From Halocafeteria seosinensis (lineage: Eukaryota): DNA of 38,791 nucleotides. The position numbers and the translations under genes are program-made. Below, in pieces: positions 32,404 through 38,791 of this stretch (its first letter is position 1; every line of letters starts with the position of its first letter). The notes below the pieces were generated by a model. The model had not been told where the DNA came from and made no database searches. It was given only the letters and a program-made list of their open reading frames with translations. The stretch is taken from contig LVLI01000285.1 in the NCBI GenBank assembly GCA_001687465.1, positions 1 through 38,791 of the forward strand, read 5' to 3'.

Positions 32404-35400
32404 ATGAACGGGCAAACAGATGCAAGCTCAAGCTTCGATTCGCCGGGGAAGGAAACTCAGACTAGTTCCCAGACAAGTAATCATGTAGAATCTGTCGAAG
32501 TGTTAAGTCCTACGCAGGCGACCGAGCCGTCGCCATCGACACCGGAGGACAACAGCCCCCAACACGAAGCATGGAACAGGGATACCGGCGATACTACCGC
32601 CGCCGCGGAAAGCGGTACCAATGAGGAAGGACACAACGGCTATCAAAGGGGAAAGAGCAGTCATCTAGTTCGCCCTAACAGTGAATATGTCTTGTCGGCG
32701 AAGCCACACTCCCCCATGGATCTCAGATTTCGAGTGAGCACTCTACACGTTTCAAAAAACCGCCCCGGTAGTCAGAGTTTCAGCCACCATAATCGCCACC
32801 TCAGTAGCCACAATCACAACTCTCCAACCCAGCGAAAGTCCCCTCCGGGTAAAAATAGTCTTCCCAGGAGAAATCAAGTGTCTCCAGAAAACCAAGTACG
32901 CTTTGCTTATACCGACTGTTGCTGGGGAGTATATATGAACAAACTAAAGCGCAGTATGAATTTCATGTGCAGGGTCCAAGGGATGAAGAAGAATACGAGC
33001 AATGGCCAAAAGAACTGCCACCTCCAAGGATAGTCGAGACCTTAGGGCGAACAACTACACTTCGATGCGTTCGCCTGCCCAATGCCCGCTATACATTTCA
33101 ATGGACCAGACCATATGTTTTGAAGGCGTCATGGAAGAATGCCGAAGAAGGAGCCTATATTAAGAGTAATGGTACGTGTTGCTACATCGTCGATCGTTAT
33201 CGTGGGTGAGCAATTTACGGAATTCCTGGCGAATCCAGAATTTACGTTTAGACACCTTCAATGGGGGCGTAAGTATGTATTCCGAGTGAAAATACAAGAT
33301 TACCTTGGGCAGAATCCAGCGCTGTATAGCCCGATTTGCCAAGCGACTACACTTTCTCCCAAAGAGGAGGTAAAAACTATCAAGGACCGTTTTCAACGGG
33401 AGCGTGGGACAATCGAACAAGAAAATGAAGTTCTATTTCAGGAAAACGAGGAACTAAATGGAGAACTGGAGAAGTACTACGAAGAGAACATGTCACTTAG
33501 ACAAGAGCTAGAAACTGTAGCCCGAGAGAATGCGGAACTGCGGAGCGAAATGAGTGAAATCCGATATCAGAATGAGAACTTCATCGCAGACCTGAAGCTT
33601 GAGAAATCCCGGATAGAACAAAGACTGGAATCCAAGGAAGATAAACTGCGTACCCTGGAAAGCACTAGAGAGCAAGAGAAGAAATCGCTAGAGAACAGGA
33701 TAGCGGAAATCGCTCGAGAGCGACAAGACCTTTCCGACAAATGCAACCACTTCTTGCAGGAAATTCAGCAATTATATGGGTTGATTGATGAGAAGAAGAA
33801 TATGTATGAAGAAGCAAATTCTGAGAAACAACGTTATTCAAGACGATTGGTGCAACAAGAAGAGGAACTTCAAGGGCTCAGGAAGAAATTGGAAGCAAGG
33901 GATAGGAATTTGAAGGAAATAGAGACTGAGAAAGAGAGCGCCGCTACTAAATATTTTGACGCCAATTCAGAAGTGGCTGCTTTAAAAGAGAGACTTGAGG
34001 AGAAAGAAAAGGAAAGGTTAAAAGTGGAGGAAGAACGCAACCAATATGCCGCTAAGTGGAATCGAGAAGCAGAAAGGGCTAACGAGCTGCAAAAAAGAGC
34101 TAGAGAACTAGAGTTCCAGCAGAGCAAGGTTTCAGACTCCATGGTTCAACAAGAAGAGGAGCTGTATAGGCTTAGGAATGATTGCGAGGAGAAGAAGCAA
34201 CAGCTTCAGTCTCTTCATGAAAATTATCAAGAGTTAAGAGAAAACCTCCGGATAACGGAGCGCTCGTTTCGCTATGAGCAGCAGAGCAACGAGAAGTTTC
34301 AGGAAGAAAATAGCAGCTTTAAAAGGGAGCTGGAAGAAAAAGATCAACTGCTTAATAAAAGAATTGTCGAGAAACAAATGCTACTTGACAAGATTGACTA
34401 TTTAAGCAAGACGCTGACAGAGGGAGGAATGACCGTACCGTCCGAAGATACTATGGAGAGGGAGATATCTGAAGAATACGGTAGTGTGGATAACCAGGCA
34501 CACAGTGAGGGCGTCAATGCAAGACTGAACGAGTTATATCAGCAGAAAAATGAGTACCTAGAGAAATCTGTGGAGCTGGTAAGTCTACCTCTTGTATACT
34601 GCATTTATGCATAAGTGTTTTACGCGTCACTATTTCAATTCAGGAGAACGAGCTAGACTACTTGAGGAAGGAGTCTGAGGAGGAGAAGCAAGAACTTAAT
34701 CAAGTCACGGTTGAACGAGATGAACTAGAAGAACGCTGTCGTCAGTACGAGCAAAATATCCGAGAATTGCAGCAAGCAGCCGAAGAAAAGAACAAGAAAA
34801 TCAAGGAAGTTAAACAAATATCTCAGCAGTACAAAGATGAAGCGCGAAAGTTACAAGACGATTTTCAGCAGTTAGCCCAATCCGATTTACAGTTCAAGCG
34901 GTCTGACGAAAGCAGCGAACGTGTCGATCATGGTGGTGGCTGTGCAAAAGAGGGACAGGAACATACTGCGGACACCGAGGTCAGTAACAATTCAGCAGAC
35001 GACAGTGGTGGAGACCTACACGAAGAGGTTCAGACACTGCGTCAGAAGCTAAAGCGTAACAAAAGTGCTCTTAAACAGGAAGCGGCAGAAAAGGAACGGT
35101 TACTGGCAAGATGTACTGACAACGAGACAGAGCTGCAAGAGCTACGGCAACAGCTGCAAGACTACGAATACAACCTGAGTCGTACCATGTCTAAATTGCG
35201 GAAGCACAAGGAAACTACGAAGTCTATGGAAGATAGCGGACGCAATTCGCTTCGCTCGTCTCAGAGAAGTAACAGCAGTCTGTCTGTGGCGAGGGTGCCG
35301 GTTCAGGCCCGGCAACAAAGCGAAGACGATTTTAGTGGGGGATACGCGATCGAACATGCGCCGCACTTTAGTTTGCGTAGCAGGGGAAGCAGCCGAAATA

Positions 35401-35594
35401 GTAACTCTGCTACGTCTCAACAGCGATTTCCAAAAGATCAGCGCTCGCCGAGTAGGCAACGAACTTCTACGTTTTTGTCCGACTCAGAAGAGTCTGAAAG
35501 TACGCAGGGAGATTCGACGGACTTGACGGAAGATAGGGGAGACAAGCCTATGGTGACTCCAAACTCGAATAACGCTTTAGAAAGCGATTCGTAG
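32404..35594 (+). CDS. Uncharacterised protein B, paralogue of A: low-complexity N-terminus, FN3-like domain, long coiled coil, Ser/Arg-rich tail (introns 32896-32972, 33172-33238, 34579-34643)
   Basis: WPKELPPPRIVETLGRTTTL...YTFQW...W...-EFTFRHLQWGRKYVFRVKI...SPICQATTL aligns with protein A, and the first two introns have matching positions and phases. Confidence 0.82.
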
Positions 35595-35894
35595 CGACTG
35601 ATACCGAATATATACCGTATACAATGTACTCTCCTGTATCTGTAGACTCATAGGACTATACGAAACAGGGCATGCTTACTGATCCATATGAGAGAGAGAG
35701 AGAATGGAGGCTTGGGCGATACCACATGGCTGTTCTTAAGGGCAGCTATAGGCACAGACCGGTGAACAAACTCTGGAGTCGTGATAGTGGTGGTGTTATT
35801 GTTCTCAAGAACTACCGGACTCGTACTTTGTAAGAGTAAATACAATACTACCTAATGGTACATCTACCCAACGAGTTATCTAGGCCCTCTGGAT

Positions 35895-36110
35895 GAAGTG
35901 GAGACAGAACTCCTCAATCATGCGGACGTTCTATCTCATCAATGTCGCCAATATTTTGACAACACCATCTTTCTGAAGTCGCTAGCGTCGTGTGTGCGGC
36001 ACACAGTGTGCCTCTCGCGTTTCCGGGATATCGTCTTGCCAGCCTCTTGAGAACTTCCTTGCATCTTCCCTGGCTCCAAAGTCGATACCGACGAATTTCT
36101 TCCTCGTCTA
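35895..36110 (-). pseudogene. RLE endonuclease C-terminal fragment (frameshifted)
   Basis: KEVLKRLARR...DFRKMVLSK/ILATLMR*NVRMIEEF parallels ETLLKWLSR...NFRKLVTAKISVCLMRENVHMIDHF of the plus-strand copy. Confidence 0.65.
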
Positions 36111-36127
36111 CCTGCTTCCATGTGTGC

Positions 36128-36290
36128 TTCCGAGGGACGTGATGCAGCAAGATAAGTCCACCTGCGGCATTTCCCATAGTCGTTGCAGCGTCTCCGTTGT
36201 CCTCCGAAGGACTGGCTGTAGTCGGGGTGAACGTCCCCTGAGCCCAGTTGATGGCGTTATCGGAGTCGCCACACATAGTCCACCAGTAGT
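36128..36290 (-). pseudogene. RNase HI fragment
   Basis: CGDSDNAINWAQGTF...LILLHHVPR contains the GDS and H-V-P-R motifs of archaeal/plant-type RNase HI. Confidence 0.75.
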
Positions 36291-36304
36291 AGTGTGTCCA
36301 CCAG

Positions 36305-36829
36305 CGAGTTCAGTTAGATGTGGAGCATCCTGTTGAAGGTGGGGTCATGGATATGGTTCAGGCGGACAGCAGTGATTGGTTGATCGATGTGACGGTCCCA
36401 AACCCCTTGACTGATGATCGATTAGCGAGTCAACTCGCGTCAGTAAGCTCCAAGTTATGCACAGTCAAGTAACAGCGTCTGGTTTGTGTTTTGATTTAGC
36501 ACATTTTTTCGAGAGTTGTCTGTTTGGCTGAGAGCTAGTGGAATGTAAGCAGATGTAGCATAAATATACAGAGCAAGCAGAGAATGCCAAACTGAGGAAG
36601 TATGCCCACCTGAAGGAGTATGATCGTGAAATGATCCCTTTTGCTGTGGAAGCCACTGGAGGCTTTGGAGTTCGTGCAGAGACGTTATTGAAGTGGTTGT
36701 CGAGACTGCATGTCACGAGGTTGGCGTGTGCAGGTGAACGGAAGAACTTTCGGAAGTTGGTGACTGCCAAGATTTCGGTTTGTCTGATGCGAGAGAATGT
36801 GCACATGATAGATCATTTCTTGGGAAATC
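36305..36829 (+). pseudogene. RLE endonuclease fragment of a CRE-like element, interrupted by a 116-bp GT-AG segment (36443-36558)
   Basis: VEHPVEGGVMDMV...LIDVTVPNPL...EQAENAKLRKY...MIPFAVEATGGFGVRAETLLKWL...ISVCLMRENVHMI is the PD-(D/E)xK RLE pattern of CRE-clade elements. Confidence 0.85.
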
Positions 36830-36989
36830 ATATATGTATATTATGTTGATGGTCTTGGAGTATTACAAAGATGAGTTGGAATTGTAAACAGCGCAAACAG
36901 CGGAAATCGGAAGCAGCAGCGCTGGTTCAAATAATGAAGGGCAAGCTCAATTGGAGCTTCCCCAAAAGAAAATAAATACACAAAGAACG

Positions 36990-37345
36990 ACCCAAAGCGG
37001 ATGAGGATGGAAGGCGGCTCAGAAAACTGGAGCTCAGGATTGGCCGCGGGCGTTGCCAACCTCTTCGCAAAAGCAGTTTTCTCATCTTCAGTGGAGGATT
37101 GCTGCGAGGCTGCGTTTGGGACTCCCGTTAGCCAGGGTAGAAATTCCGAAATTATGCCCATTGTGTGATGAATTCGTCCCGGATCTTACTCAACATGCCT
37201 TCGTATGTTCTTACGGGGATATGGCCAGCGGAAGAACGGATCGGCATAATCAGGTCAGGGATGGCACTATGGAGGCTTTCTTCTCTTGGGGTCTTGTGGT
37301 GGAAAAGGAGCCTCTGGTGCGCAGTGCGCACTTAAACAAGCATCC
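36990..37345 (+). pseudogene. CRE-like post-RT / zinc-knuckle fragment
   Basis: GAQDWPRALPTS...WRIAARLRLGLP...CPLC...HAFVC...RHNQVRD...WGLVVEKEP shows the CCHC knuckle and RH motif that precede the RLE. Confidence 0.85.
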
Positions 37346-37574
37346 CCACCGGAGAATCGGCTAGGCCACCGGAGGATCAACAAATAGGCTCTCCCTCCTC
37401 TTCTGCCCTTTTCACTGCGGCAGCACGCGGTATCGCTCCGTCGCAATGGATGAAGAGGTGTCTCTCCGCGTCCGAATGGGATCACTGTGGAATCTGTCCA
37501 AACCGCCGCCTCCAAACTCTTCTCCGTCACCCGTCAGCCAGGACGAAACACACACACAAATGTGACAGATAGCC

Positions 37575-37790
37575 CACCGGCCGGGAAGCTGACCGCATCC
37601 TCTTAACGAGGACGAAAACAAGTCCGAGTCCTCGGGAAAGGTCAACAAGTCCTCGACGTCTCCGTTTCTGACCCCTTGAGTCATGCTTCTGCCCAGATTG
37701 CAGACATCTATGGTGCGACGAGGCTTCGTGAGCAGAATAAATTTCGTCATTACTCTTCTATAGGCCTGCTTCTCTTTATGTATTTCACCC
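37575..37790 (+). pseudogene. Second, diverged RLE fragment
   Basis: GREADRILL (frameshift) ...VLDVSVSDPLSHASAQIADIYGATRLREQNKFRHY. Confidence 0.65.
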
Positions 37791-38046
37791 TACAGAATAT
37801 GTGGAATGTCTTCGAGAAGGGTTGTCTTGTCGACTTATGAAGTCCAATGTCAACCTACTTTGTAGGTGGTTGCAGTTAGTTCTACCGAAGAAGAGTGGAG
37901 GTGTAGCTGTTTATGTTTCTAGTTCGGTAACAGGCGCTGTTTACAATTCCAACTCATCTTTGTAATACTCCAAGACCATCAACATAATATACTGTTCCGC
38001 GGAGCTGCATAGACCCAAGCCTTGGCTGATGTGCACTTGAGAATTA

Positions 38047-38346
38047 TTATTGTATATTCATGTGCTTATAGGGAAATACTCCCCTAACGAGTTTATAGGG
38101 AGTCCGGATCCCCACGAAGTATTCCCCTGTAGAATCATTACAAAACATAATGTCTTTCCGATCAATTGCCTCGTTAGCTAGACGGTCAGCCTCCGTGTTT
38201 TCCTCCCGAGGAACATGATGCAGCGAGATAGACTTCACCTGTGGCTGCTCCCGCAAACGCTCAAGTGTTTCGATTATTTTCTGAAGGACGGGCTGCAGGT
38301 GGGGTGAATTACAGGCAAACGTTCCTTGCGCCCAATTAATTGCGTT
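38047..38346 (-). pseudogene. RNase HI fragment (second copy)
   Basis: NAINWAQGTFACNSPHLQPVLQKIIETLERLREQPQVKSISLHHVPREENTEADRLANEAID includes the H-V-P-R-E-x-N-x-x-A-D-x-L-A-N catalytic C-terminal motif. Confidence 0.88.
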
Positions 38347-38646
38347 TCAATCATATGGTGGTATAGGAGAGGATGCGGTAGATTTCCTATCTCAGCTTAA
38401 ACATCGGCCCAATATAATATTCCAAGATCATCAACAATACACACATGAGTTGTAGTCGACCCCTTACAGGACGGCACGCTCGGGAAACAGGTTTCGGACC
38501 CGCATGGAGCAACCTGCCTCAGAGAGGCAGCGAAAATAAACAAATACCGCTCCAACGTGGATTCAGATTCCTTTTTCCCGTTCGTCTTATCGTCCTACGG
38601 GGGCATGGGAAAGGAGGCGTCCGACTTCTTGAGCCGCACGGGATGT

Positions 38647-38791
38647 GTATTGTATTTACTCTTACAAAGATTGAGGAAAAATGAAAGAAAACCTAACATT
38701 ACTCTACAAGTGACCCAAGATTCCCCAAGAAATGATCTATCATGTGCACATTCTCGCGCATCAGACAAACCGAAATCTTGGCAGTCACCAA
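38647..38791 (-). mobile_element. 3' end of a CRE-like element (ORF end plus short 3' UTR), running off the window
   Basis: LVTAKISVCLMRENVHMIDHFLGNLGSLVE*. 38719-38791 is the reverse complement of 36757-36829 with 2 mismatches; 38647-38669 is the exact reverse complement of 35826-35848. Confidence 0.8.

Larger units (their letters stand above)
36836..37992. repeat. Perfect 59-bp inverted repeat pair (36836-36894 / 37934-37992)
   Basis: GTATATTATGTTGATGGTCTTGGAGTATTACAAAGATGAGTTGGAATTGTAAACAGCGC and its exact reverse complement, checked base by base. Confidence 0.95.
35670..38791. mobile_element. Cluster of degenerate CRE-like (RLE-type) non-LTR retrotransposon fragments with RNase H fragments, on both strands
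   Basis: Fragments of the RT thumb (RENGGLG ~35700), RLE, CCHC zinc knuckle, RT N-terminal motif (LVLPKKSGGV ~37876-37905) and RNase H, with many stops and frameshifts. See the individual fragments below. Confidence 0.85.

Noticed and set aside
35689..35703. (GA)n microsatellite
   Set aside because: Short, and probably slippage inside a decayed retroelement fragment.
1..38791. CRISPR arrays, tRNA, rRNA, spliceosomal snRNA genes, prokaryotic operons or defence systems
   Set aside because: No regularly spaced direct repeats or recognisable RNA gene signatures were seen. The genes are eukaryotic, spliced and functionally unrelated, so no metabolic gene cluster is supported.

Overview
Gene-dense eukaryotic nuclear DNA in the standard genetic code, with short GT-AG introns (mostly about 59-80 bp). 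It is probably from a protist; a stramenopile-like origin is my inference from protein style and is not proven. The core (1.3-35.6 kb) holds about 14 spliced genes: a large GH85 endo-beta-N-acetylglucosaminidase, thioredoxin, DNA polymerase alpha catalytic subunit, exosome RRP45, an auxilin-type J-domain/coiled-coil protein, 3-hydroxyisobutyrate dehydrogenase, an animal-type biliverdin reductase A homologue, ARPC3, WDR18/IPI3, LSM2, mitochondrial Asn-tRNA ligase, a GtrA-family membrane protein, and two tandem paralogous FN3 + coiled-coil proteins. Both ends are transposon debris. The left end is a decayed hAT element with an intact-looking right terminus. The right end (35.6-38.8 kb) is a scrambled patchwork of CRE-like restriction-endonuclease non-LTR retrotransposon and RNase H fragments, linked by near-perfect nested inverted duplications. 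Most notable: (i) a UGA in the BVR-like gene lies between two copies of a peptide motif and aligns with a Trp, a readthrough candidate; (ii) the retroelement patchwork includes an RNase H + RLE association and an intron-like GT-AG segment inside an RLE domain; (iii) the thioredoxin intron is long and structured, with a poison 3' splice site and H/ACA-like features; (iv) the ENGase carries FBA-like lectin modules; (v) a CHR/E2F-like motif cluster precedes POLA1. All gene models and alignments were made by eye.
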